A stretch of DNA of 64,000 nt from Marsupella aquatica. Taxonomy: Eukaryota > Plantae > Marchantiophyta. A program made the position numbers and the translations under genes. Of the stretch, positions 1 to 11,713 are shown one piece after another. The stretch covers positions 2,434,457 to 2,498,456 of the forward strand of contig OZ316894.1 in NCBI GenBank assembly GCA_973895155.1, read 5' to 3'. The number at the start of each line of letters is the position of its first letter. Positions within the stretch are counted from its first letter, which is position 1. The notes below the pieces were generated by a model. That model worked only from the letters and a program-made list of their open reading frames with translations, made no database searches and was not told the DNA's origin.

Positions 1-540
1 CTGCCCACAAAGTAACCCGGACTGCCACAGACTCTATTTGAGACCTCCTACTTCACTGAGTCCAGCTCAAGACATCCACTGAGGGAGAGATATGCTCACT
101 GTTTCCAGTTAGGGGGTGTCCAATTAAGGACAGAAAGATTATGGACTATCAAATTCAATATCCATAACTCTTTTGCTAAGTATAGAGATTGGGGTGCCAT
201 GACCATAAGTCACTTTAGAGTCTAGTAAAAACCAGGAAAGGAGACCCCTTGAACATCTTTAAATTTGGACTTAATGGACCACAAAGATGGATTCATGACT
301 TGACCAGGCACCCCAGCCGGTCGGCAGTAAAAAAATTAAAAAAATGGATGAAGTTTGTCTTAGTTGTCATTAGGTCTGCCTCCCCTAACACAAGGTGGGA
401 GAGGATTTGAAAGAAACAACATTTGGTAGATTTGTGGTGCCTTGAGTCAAGTAATGGCGTCCTGTGAAGCAGGGCAGACCCTACGACGACTGAGGTGAAC
501 TTCATGTGTTTTATTATATTATTGACTACCAACAATCTGA

Positions 541-623
541 GGGGCCTACTCAAGTCCTGAAATCATCTTTGGGGTAGGTTAAGTCCATAAGATGCTGGAG
601 AGGCCTGGTTAAGTCATTTCTTG
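541..623. repeat. Diverged copy of the right TIR of the 57828-59221 element family
   Basis: GGGGCCTACTCAAGTCCTGAAATCATCTTTGGGGTAGGTTAAGTCCATAAGATGC...GTTAAGTCATTTCTTG aligns by eye with 59139-59221. A left-TIR-like remnant (GGACTTAATGG...CATGACTTGACCAGG) lies at ~267-310. Confidence 0.55.
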
Positions 624-930
624 AGTAAGAACTCTAGAGGCTACAGAAAACTAAAATAAAACTGGATAACTGTAAACAAGCTACAGTCATTTGTTTTTGG
701 CAATGCACAGGCGCGGTCGTGGTTATTCCCAACAGCAATAGGGCGTGTCAAAGTATAGTTGTATTTGATTGACCACTCAGGCCATAAAACTCACTTACAG
801 ACAGAATAGGTATGGGTTACCAAAATAAGTACCCCATAAAATATATTGATACTACCAAAAATATAAAACTGTAACCAATGTGTTAAGGGAGAGGGAGAAC
901 TTTGAGATGCCCTAATAAGATTATCACTAA

Positions 931-1021
931 CTATGAAGCTTGGAGACTCCCTAATCCAAATAAGTATGAAGCTTCGAGACCCCCTAATCCAAATAAGTAT
1001 GAAGCTTGGAGACCCCCTAAT
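931..1021. repeat. Tandem minisatellite, ~33-bp unit, about 3 copies
   Basis: TATGAAGCTT(G/C)GAGAC(T/C)CCCTAATCCAAATAAG repeated head to tail. Confidence 0.85.
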
Positions 1022-3212
1022 GCAAATTTCCAAAGCATCTTGTTGCAAGAACACTACAATCCAGCGCCGAAATAGACGTAAAAAGCAGAGGTTGTGATCC
1101 TGATTCACTCTTTCTTTCCAGCAGCTCTTGGCCGAAGGTTTAACGCATGTGTCGTATTTATCACCTGAAGCATTATCAGAACAGACGACGAATATGAATT
1201 CAAGAAACTGACAATGCACAGGCGCGGTCGTGGCCATCCTCGAGGCGGAGCTCCGATTGTTGTTTCCAAACCGAAGAGCTAAAAAGTAGGCAACGTACTT
1301 AAAGTTGGAATTATTGTGAACGTCACTCAAGCCACCGTACCAGAGAAAAACATTCCACGATTCCATGGTTTGTCTGAGAAAGTCTTCGCTAATGTGAGTA
1401 TTCATCGGCGTTTTGTGGAGGTGCCGTTAATTATGCTACCTTGTCACGCTCACGAGTCACCGCAGAGCTTTGTTAATTTGTTATCAATCGACGGCCATTT
1501 CTTGTTTTCTCGTGAATACATGCTGGAGCACTAACAACACGGTCCTTTTCTGTTAACAGCCTTTTCTTGATTGTTTAGCACAAATCGTTGAAGCTTCGCG
1601 CAGTTCTGTGAGTACTAGCGATCGCTACGGTCCTTAATGCGCATACTCTTTCAAACATGACGGTCTTTCTTTGTCAATACATCATCATAAGCAATTCGGT
1701 ACTGCTCGGCGGCATTCGTTATGATTCAGAGGAACGTTGAAATCGAGCCATGAGCACATAGGTCAGTGAGGAGCACGTTCCTCTCTGAACAAGAGCATCA
1801 CCGCAATAGCTCCTGGACAGTCGTTAAGATCGATGAAGTGAAATGTGCAAGTCAAGACACGAGCACAGCGACCTTTTTTGTCGCTAAATGCCAAGTTACC
1901 GATATAATACTGCACACGGACATTGGGTCTTGAAAAATTTGTCTAAAGAAAATAGGACAAGTTTAATCGATTTTTGTTATTATTCGATGGATTGTCCAAA
2001 TCGAGATGGGAGCTCAACAGCTTCCTGGCAAATTAAGCATATTAAACGAGTGACTTCTTTCTGGCTGGTCTTGACGCTCCATGTGCACGAACAGTAATCA
2101 ACAGTAGTGAAGAATGAAGAGAATGTTCGCGAGCAGTAATTAACACGGGTGAAGAATGAAGCGAAATGCAATCCCTACAGTAGATGTCTTGTAAGGTCGA
2201 GTTCTATAGGAGGAACTTTCAGAAGGGACACCTAAATCACCTCTCACTGCCCTTTGTGACTTTGGTAAGATGTTACCCGCAAAGCTTACATATTCCAATC
2301 CGAGCATTCATATATATGAAAATGCCAAAAAGCAGGGGGCGCTGAACCGGGAGACAGGAGCGCCATTCCGCTGTAATAATGAATTGATCACGAATTTGGT
2401 TAGAAGCCCGCTTAGACGCAGCAGTGACATAATTTTGATTTCCAGTTTCTGTCAGATGAACAGTAGCAACACGATAGTCGTCGTAAAGCAACATTCGCCA
2501 TGTATGATTCCATCGAATTTTCAAATGGACACATGAGCACATGATTCAAATTGCCTCTTTTCATGTCGTGGCATTGTGGCAAGCACTGCTGGCGCTGCAG
2601 AAGTAGTAATCGGCAGCAGACAAGAATGAAAAGACTGTTGGTGTTCCGTAAAGTGGACTTCTGGCAATCAGCGAGAGGGACACGCAGCACTGTGTACGAA
2701 AAGCGGGGATGTCAGTTTCTTGTAGGTGTCACTGGAATCGACGGGGAAGGCGCACAAGTGGAAAAGCTTCAGATAATTATTCCAATCACTTACAGTAGTA
2801 TCAAGGTGATATAGATGAAGTGGCAGTCATTCAACCCCATGTTGACTAAAGACATAGAAAAGTCTACAAGATCCCAATCTGAGCACCGAAGTGATCGATT
2901 ACAAAATCTTTCAGACTGAGTAATGAGTACCTGGTGAGTCTAATACAGTCTCAGGTGAGATTCCAGTCATTCAGGGAGGGTGTCATTGTGTATATTGAAA
3001 GTCGCAAGAATTGAACCAGATATTATTCTATCTAATTGCCGCGATGGTTGACTCGGCAGAGAAATGTTGTTTCAAAAGGACACAGATTTTGCTCACCTGT
3101 TCTGTCTTCGAGCCTGCATACTCTGACTTTCTACTTGGAAACTTTGAGCGTTGTATTAATGCATTTTCGGAGCATCATGGCCTTCCTCTCTCCACAATAT
3201 GGACGACACCTT

Positions 3213-3383
3213 TTGACAATCGTTGTATCTTTTTTCACTGCGAATTCTTTGTCATTAAAAAATTCTCTTTGTTTCCCCAGAATCGTAGATAATTGGTCCT
3301 TGACAACTGTTGACAATCGTTGTATCTTATTTCACTGCGAATTCTTTATGTCAATATAAAGTTCTCTTTGTTTCCCCAGAATC
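3213..3383. repeat. Direct duplication of ~70 bp
   Basis: TTGACAATCGTTGTATCTT...TTCTCTTTGTTTCCCCAGAATC occurs at ~3213-3283 and ~3310-3383. Confidence 0.8.
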
Positions 3384-3996
3384 ACGGTGTTTCCATGTCC
3401 CCGACGAACTGTTCACAAAGCTAGATTGACCACATTCATTGGGGGAGCTAGAAAGATATTAGATCGCTTTTGTGTTGCTCTGTTTCTTCCCTAAGTGTAG
3501 AGTGCTGAATTGGCATCGTACACTACTGCGCTCCAAATATCAGATGAAGTGATTTGACGCAATTCAGCATATCTGATTTTTTCGTTTTGCAGAAGCAAAG
3601 AAATCGACCAGTAAAGGAATCAACAAATTTTAAGAAATGTACTGGGGAATGCATACTCCATCGATCGTTACGTATCATTTGTTGCCAACATGCTCGGAGA
3701 CTGTCCATGCTACTGTTTTTGATAAATTAAATGCAACTTGTAATTGTAATATTTGGAGTAAAATAAGAAAGCTAAAAATGGAGGGGTTTGTTTCGCCCAT
3801 CTCTGAAACTTGCCCATTTAAATAATTTTTGGATCTTTTGTTTCAGCTCAAAATTTTACAGCATGTTTTGTGATGCGCATTTTATTACGTGACAGTTTCA
3901 ATTTTTTAGAAGACCATGTGGTTCATTGCCAGTGAGTGCGAAGATAATCAAATATTTATTATAACAGCCATCAGACGCTTTACTTCTGTGAACAAG

Positions 3997-4277
3997 GCCC
4001 TCAGTACTTGGGGACTAGCACCAACTTAACATTTTGGGTAACAACTTTTCACTTTTATGAACACTTTCAAATGCCCTGAGTAGCCCTCACTACTTGGGCA
4101 CTAGCACCAACTTAACATTTTGGGAAAGAAGGCTTCACTTTTATGAACAAAAGGATGCCCTGAATAGTTTGCGTGTCACAACTTACAGGTACTAGCACCT
4201 ACTTGACATTTTGGGAAACAACTCTTCACTTTTATGAACAAAAGGATGCCCTGAATAGTTTGCGTGTCACAACTTAG
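3997..4277. repeat. Degenerate tandem repeat, ~85-90-bp unit, about 3 copies
   Basis: ACTAGCACC(A/T)ACTT(A/G)ACATTTTGGG...TTCACTTTTATGAACA recurs three times. Confidence 0.8.
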
Positions 4278-6182
4278 AGGTCACATATGAATCAAAAGTG
4301 TAAAGAATAGATTTTGATATTCTGAGTGGAAATCCATGGGGCTTCATACTAAGCCCTCAATCCATCCAGGCGTCCATGCAGGGTTTAAATTTCAGTAAAA
4401 TAAACAAAAGGTCGAGTTCATAGTTTTGTAAGAGAATCAACGCAAATAAAGAAAAGCTCGAGAAACATATACCAAAGGACGTGAATGACTTGTTTTCGAG
4501 TTCCTTGTCTAATGATCTGACCTGCACGGAGCAAATTGATCAAGACTTCAGACTTGTCATAACTGATTGTCGATCATCTGCAGAGCCGGGAAACCGCCTC
4601 GATTCACGGAGATTTTTGCGCGACAAGAGAGCTCAACAAGGAGACCGTACCCACCAATTCATGACGCATCGTGCACATGCAATCAAGCATCGCAAAGCCT
4701 GCAACGCAAAGGATGTTCTTCTGCGGGGCACGCCCCGGGGGCGGAGAGAAGGGCTGCCACATTGCCACATGTGTATGAGATCTTCCTTTCGACATTTCGT
4801 TCAGAGTCACAGCGATCATGGCTCTTTACTTCTTTAGATTCGTCATCATCATTGTCATCAAAATATGTTTTACTACTGTTAAAGACCTTGACGTGAATAT
4901 CTGGCATCAATTAATTCGATGGAATTATATTTATAGGTAAACTAAATCTGATTTCTGATTCGTGAACCGCCTCGTCCCACTTCCATCGTTATGAAACAGC
5001 AACTTTACAAAACTCAGAAATCTTGCGATCGTTTACTACTTTACTCTACAGCTCTACTGTACAGAAAGGTCCGTTCGAGAAAGGTGAGAGATCATTCGTT
5101 TGATAGCATTGCAATCGATCATTATTCGATCTGATGGACGTGAATGGTGACTTTTGTCAATTTTCCAAATCGGCAAAATAGTGAGAGGATTTCCGCGAGG
5201 TGCGGACTGAGTTTGTGCTTTTTTTCTGAAACTACGGACGCTCTCAATCCAACAAGACAGTAGCGCGTGTCAAACTTAGAAAAGACTGATTGGACTGCGG
5301 GTAGTCACTTTTGACGGGTTCGAGAGCCAAGGTCCTTAGAAAAGCCTTCTGTCCGGCTTATTACTTCCGTCCAGTCTCCCATCGATGCCTTTTCTTTGCC
5401 TTCGAAACGGGAATTCTTAATTAAGCATGTCTCAGAGCTTATCAGGTAAGTTCCACTCTTGATATTGCTCACCCAGGAAAACGTGAGCCGGCTGCAGGAC
5501 CAATGGGTGAAGCTAGACTCAGATTGTAATGGACCCAACTCCAAACATGTTGAGAGATGAAACAATTCCAAATACAGTGGACAATGTCTTCCTTGTCATG
5601 AGTGTCAGCGTGTACATCAGATGTACGGAGAGTATGAAAGCGAGTGTTGGGTGGCACCAATGCCGGTCCGATCGTTGGTTTTCGAGTGTGACTTTGCACT
5701 CAATAGTCCATCAGTAGAAGTCTAGAAGGTCTACCATAGCTATTTGGAGAGAATACTTCACAAGCTTTCTACAAACTATTGGAGAAAAGATAAAGAGATG
5801 ACAGTGAGAACCAAAAACTGCACCGACCAATGCTCGTCGTTTTTCCAACCGTGTTATATCTTAAGTCAAGTCAAGATTGGAAGGGTGTTGTCAGAGAGTA
5901 CAGTAGTACTTCTTCGATTCGTACCCATAGTTTCGTTTTCCTGACAAATCCCAGGTTTGACACCCTCGTTGTGATGTTTGACTCCCTTCGGCTTCAGAAA
6001 CGGCGGAAAAGAGAGACGAGTCGGGACACGGGAGTGTCGGACGAGCCTGCTCCGACCTGCCCTCGCGGACCCTGCCCCGATCCACACCACCTGTCCTCCT
6101 GCCCTGCCTCCAAGGTACTACTCTACTACTCTAGGGCAGAGGAGCTTCTCTGACAGTGTCAGCGGGAAGTCCGCCAGGATTT

Positions 6183-6720
6183 GGTCTGGGGTCTCCTTGT
6201 CGTTCCATTCTTTTGGGTCTTTGTTATAAATTGTAGCAGCCCTACACTGTACAACAGGGCTCTCAACCCCAGCATGATAAAGCTGTCTTTGTTATAAACT
6301 ACAGAAGCCCTATACTATACAACAGGGCTCGGTCTGGGGTCTCCTTGTCGTTCCATTCTTTTGGGTTCTTTGTTATAAATTATAGAAGCCCTATACTATA
6401 CAGCAGGGCTCTCCACCCCAGCGTTAGCAAGATAAAGCCCTCTTTCGGAGTTAACAAGATAAAGATAAAGCTGTCTTTGTTATAAAATATAGAAGCCCTA
6501 TCCTATAGAACAGGGCTCTCAAAGCCCGGCGTTAACAAGAGAAAGATAAAGCTGTCTTTGTTATAAAATATAGAAGCCCTATCCTATACAACAGGGCTCT
6601 CAAAGCCCGGCGTTAACAAGAGAAAGATAAAGCCCCCGTGTTAACAAGATAAAGCCCTCTCTCAAATATTATAGGAACTCTTGTAAAAGCACTCAAATAT
6701 TATAGGAACTCTTGTAAAAG
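6183..6720. repeat. Array of 5 palindrome-containing repeat cores plus a 31-bp tandem duplication
   Basis: Core CTTTGTTATAAA-TA(T/C)AGAAGCCCTAT-CTATACAACAGGGCTC at ~6219, 6287, 6368, 6475 and 6556; CTCAAATATTATAGGAACTCTTGTAAAAG twice at 6661-6720. Confidence 0.85.
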
Positions 6721-8051
6721 TTATGGGAGTTGATCTTGTTTGACTATAATAAGGAAAGCCTGTGAACTCAATAAGTACACAATAAAGACAACCTAGAAAA
6801 AAAGTAAGCAATAACAATACACAATAGTGTGACAGTCTAATGGTCTACATCATTTTCTAGTATTGAAGTATATATGCAAGTGGGACATATATGGATGTCC
6901 ACTAAGGGCAGGTTTAAAGGTTGAGGCACACTTATACTGGGACTAGGACCCACTGCAGCTAGAAATCTATAATGGCCTTTGGTTGTCAATGTTTTCTCAA
7001 GAGGATCATGCCAAGTTGACAAAAAACAAAATTTGTGACGAGGTTCTCGTTTTATGGGCACCTATTAAACCTGCTCACTTTTGTTTCTATTGTGCTTGCC
7101 ATTTGCACATGGACAACATGTTCTAACCAGAAGTGAACAGGTGGATGTTCTAATCTAAAGTGAAGACACAAGTGGACGTTCTAATCAAAAAGTGAAGACA
7201 CAAGTAGACATTATATTGTAATAGAAAGCAAGATTGCGTGACTGAATTCAGGGCACCTTCTCAATTAGAAAATCCCTGTGGGGCTCTTTAAGCTTTGTCA
7301 TCTCAATCTGAATAGCTGTACTCTGCATTCTATTTGAATAGTCAGATTGCCCCTTGGCGTACAACACCTAAAAGTTCTTTATCATGTACTAGCCTAATGC
7401 TTGTGTGTTGCACAAAACATGTTGAGGTGAGAAAAAATTAGAGGTGAAGAAAAGAAGTCTAGGTGAGAAAAAGATGTAGAGGAGAGAAGGTAGTGAGATG
7501 AGAAAAAGATATAAAGATACAAAATCAAGGTGAAAAAAATGTTGAGATAATGAAAGAATATTCTTGAATAAGTTGGGTTAACTTATTTAACTAGGAATAA
7601 AAAAGATCACAACACACTATTTTTGCATTAGCGATTGGCAATCTCTTGTATTAATTCTCCAGTATAATACATATAAATGGAGATATGGATACAATGAGCT
7701 TTTTGTACTCACCTCTAAAATTTGCTTTCTTTGAACAGACCCCTTTTTGGTCCTCACCTCTATACCTCTATTTATGTTCAATGAATGATTAATTTTAGTT
7801 TTTCCGGCTAGTTACTTACAATGAATGGCCCCTCTCCGTGTTTAGTTTGTTTTCTTTCTTTTTCCATTAATTTAGACCATTTGTATGGAGTGATTCTGTG
7901 TTTGGGCCACATCCACATTCCATACCCCCCAAGAACCGGCTTGCAAATATCAGTCAATGTGCAAAATATCTCGTCATTGAGCATCGGCTCCAAAAGAGTT
8001 GCCGTAGTTCATCGACTGCCATGCAATAACGCAGTCCCTTCGCAGTTCCTT

Positions 8052-8242
8052 GGAAGGCGGAACAAACTGAATTTGTTTGGACATAATCACGAGAACACTA
8101 CCGTAGATTGGCAGAACAAATTCCTCTTTTTGCCCTTTCCACGGAGAGTGCCTTGAAAGGCGGAACAAACCAAAGTTGACTGGACATAATCACGAGAAAA
8201 CTACCGTATATTGGCAGAACAAAATCCTCTTTTTGGCCCTTT
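8052..8242. repeat. Tandem duplication, ~102-bp unit, 2 copies
   Basis: AAGGCGGAACAAAC...GGACATAATCACGAGAA...TTGGCAGAACAAA..CCTCTTTTTG repeated. Confidence 0.8.
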
Positions 8243-11200
8243 TTCTCTGCGTAGGCACGGAGCCCAATTTGCTCCTCAAAGCCGTGTGATCCGCTCTTAC
8301 CCAATCGGGAGACTTGCCGTCGCCGTTCCGAGAACCTGGAGAGCATAGACCCTGCTTTCATCTACAGCAACATGGAAGAATCGTGTGGTATGTAGCAGAT
8401 TAGCAGGAGCGAAGACTCCGCCAAATTCATCAATTAACGAGAGGCCTATTTCGTGATTCTGGAACAAGATTGTCATGGCTCTTTGATGGAATCGTGGAAT
8501 CGCAAATTAAGTTCTGTTTTGCAAGTTGATTGTACACTGTAATCACAGATATAAATGTTACGCTGTAATCACAGATATAAATGTTACGTCTTGATTGGAA
8601 TCAGTTTGCTACTTCCATATGCCTTTTGAACAGCTACATCAGAGGCCTAAATAGTTGACGCAGTGCATCTTTTGCATCGGCTTTGATTGTCGTTGGTCCG
8701 CTCTGAACTTTCTCGTGAGAACCATTTCTCGTAGTGTGCTCTCCAATATCCAATTGACCACACTCCAAGTGCCGAATAGGTCTTTCCAATGCCTGGTCTG
8801 CCCCTCGAAGCTTCTGTTTGGTGAGTCTTGGATAAAACTTTTTACTGATATGACTAAAGCACTGTAGAAAGAGGAGAACGAACCGCAAAAGAGGTTGCGT
8901 TGGTAGAACACAATCACAAAAGCAATGCTCAAAAAGCTTGAAACTCTCAACTTGGTGGAGAATGCTGATGTCCTCATTAGGCAGAAATGCTGACAGTGCA
9001 TATCTTGCCCTCTTGCATCATGTTTAGTGTTCGTCGGTTACGGTGGTTCTCCTTGGTCCTTTCTGGACTTTTTCACCCCTTTGTTGTTGGCCCTGTTTCA
9101 GTGGTTTATGTGTTCTCGTATTGTTTTGCATACCTTTAGACACAGAGCGGTCAGCACGACTTCAATCCGAGAGAAAGGAGCCTGAGGATGACAGAGAGAG
9201 AGAAAGCTCCTCAGGCTTTCTGCACAGCGACTGTTTGCTATTCCTTGGGCTTCGCCTTTTGTGAGCCTCCCCAGAATGTCTTTCGCAACTCTGTCTTTTT
9301 AGGCGACTTTCAATTTCCGCCATTCCGAGATAAATCTTCCTTTAAATTGAATCCCGCATGATTTGGACACAAATAAGTGTACAGGCTCGGCGAGGTCTAT
9401 CAAGGTAATGACGACGTGCATGTGTTAAAAGATTTTGGAACTATCGGCTTTATCGACGACACTCCTGCGAAGGGACAATCGGCTGCTTGCAATTGCCGCC
9501 GTGGACATTAAAAATATTACTAAAAACCTGTCATCTAATTGTGGAGCCCCCCGAGCTATGCACATTACCGTTCCCTTAATGGAAATGCGTAGACGCACTT
9601 TGCCGGATGAGTGCCGAAATGTTCGCGCTGCTGTTCGGGAACTCGAGCTCTGAGCCACGGAGCATCGGATGTCCTCACCGACGACAATGCTGGCGTTGAT
9701 GCTGGTCCTACATTCTGCCATGGCGATCTCCCGTTGCACGCTCGTTCTCCCAATCGTTCACGCAGCTGTCTGGGAACTCGAGCTTTGACCTTGCTGGAAA
9801 TCTAGAAAGCGAGCTCGCGTGAGCAATAAAGAGTCATCATGTTACTCCTCACTCCTCAGGAACTCGAGCATTCAGCGTGGCGGACATGCGCACAGACCAA
9901 TTCGCGCTGCTCTCTGGGAATTTGGGCCCAACTTGCGCTTTTTACCCTGTTGGGATTTCGGAATGTGAGGCCTTAGGAGTAAAGGAAGAATAATACCGCG
10001 TTGGTCTACGGGAACTCTAGTATTCTGTGTGGTGGACATCCGAGCAGCAGAATTGATTCACCCTGTGGGAGTTTCGGAATGTGAGGTCCCATAATGTCGC
10101 GTTGGTCTTCGGGAGCTCTAGCATTCTCCGTGGTGGACATGTGAGCAGCTGAGTTGACAGCATCTCCAGCGGTGGCTGCTAAATGTCACTAACCTCATCT
10201 TAAACCCCTCCAGTATTTTAAAAAACACTGTTTATAATTAATTTTTTTTAAAGCCAAACAAAATAGAATGAAGAAAAAAAAATCAAAGTGCCCAAGGGCA
10301 AAAAAGGCCTACCTGAAAACATGATACCAATGACAAAGCAGCCCAATGAAGGGGAGCAAAAGAAGAGAAAGAGCCCAAGAAAAACCAACCAAGGGTCCCC
10401 AACCAAAAGCCAACAAAAAAAACAAAGATAAAAAATTGAAACTACAAAGGAGCTTTGAAGGCTAACACCCTACTGAGCTGAGAACTGAAAAGCCTAGTAA
10501 AGCAAAATAGTTCCAAATGAATACAAACCACCAGATTCCGAAAGATGTGAGCAAAAGTAACCCCAAAACCCTAGAGGGGGGGGGGGCGGAGGGGGGGGGG
10601 GGCGGGGGGAGGGGCAGAACCTAAATCCCTAGAAACAAGAAAAAGGAAGTCACAAAAAATCTATGATTGCCTAGAATGTGCTGATGAGCTAATTGTCCAC
10701 ATTAGTGTCTTAGCTCAGTTTGCAAGTGGAAACATAGATGTACTCTAAGGGACTAAGCCTCTGCTGAGCCATAATCCTATGCCAGCCTAGCCCAGGGGTT
10801 ATGAGATTTCAATCCCCTTGGCTAGCCAGCATGGAGGGTTATTATTTCAGGTCAAAGTAAAGCCAAAATGCACTTAAGAGAGATTACTCATTAACCCATG
10901 GCCACTCTGGAGCCATGGCTGCAACCCACGGTCCTGGGGATTAAAATATATAATCCCCTTGGGGCCATGGGTTACACATGCACGTTTTCCTTTGGCATCC
11001 CTCTGCCAGGAGGTGGCTGGTAATTAGCAACTTGTATGGGGTTTAGAAGAACTTGGGGGCACACGTCTCCACTGTTCACCCATTGTAAACGTGAGGTTCA
11101 TTGCATACAGCAAAGCTAAAATGTGTCAGGTCAATAGTAAATGCAAGATCCTGATGAATAGAAAGAACGTGGCTGGCAATCTACAACTTGTAGTAAGGAC

Positions 11201-11666
11201 GGTTTGATAAGAACTTGGGGACACAAGTAGCCTCAGTTCACCCATTATAAACGTGAGCTTCATTGCACACACTAAAGCTGCAATGCCTCTGCCAAAGAGG
11301 GTCAAGAATATACAAACCCTGAATAGAAATTACACAGACACCATGTCTTACGAGGAGTCACTACTGAAGTAAAAATCAAACGTATATACCCATGTATATT
11401 ACCTATTTTAAATATTTTTGCTTGGATGGGATTCCTAACCTAGCATGGGACTTATGAAATGTTTCTTACCCCAAGATAGCATGGATTTAAAGTTAACTTG
11501 CTCAACTTTGATCCAACTACCACTTTTAGATCCCATCCAAGCTTCTGACTCTAGTAATATCGTACCATTGAAATTGTCAATGTAGGCTAGGGGCTCCTTG
11601 TGCATCTACAGTAGGACACCCCCTTCCTTGCTTGCAAAACACAGAAAATATAAATAAACACCCATG

Positions 11667-11669
<3 letters not shown>

Positions 11670-11711
<42 letters not shown>
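11670..11711. repeat. (AG)n microsatellite
   Basis: Uninterrupted AG dinucleotide run. Confidence 0.95.

Positions 11712-11713
<2 letters not shown>

Noticed and set aside
791-1405. 204-aa minus-strand ORF
   Set aside because: It runs through a 33-bp minisatellite, has no recognisable domain and is probably a chance ORF.
6219-6640. CRISPR-like array of palindromic repeats with spacers
   Set aside because: The spacers are related to each other and to flanking DNA, vary widely in length, and there are no cas genes. The context is eukaryotic.
8634-9805. Cluster of 60-120-aa ORFs on both strands
   Set aside because: No recognisable domain and no consistent exon chain; it overlaps degenerate GGGAACTCGAGC repeats.
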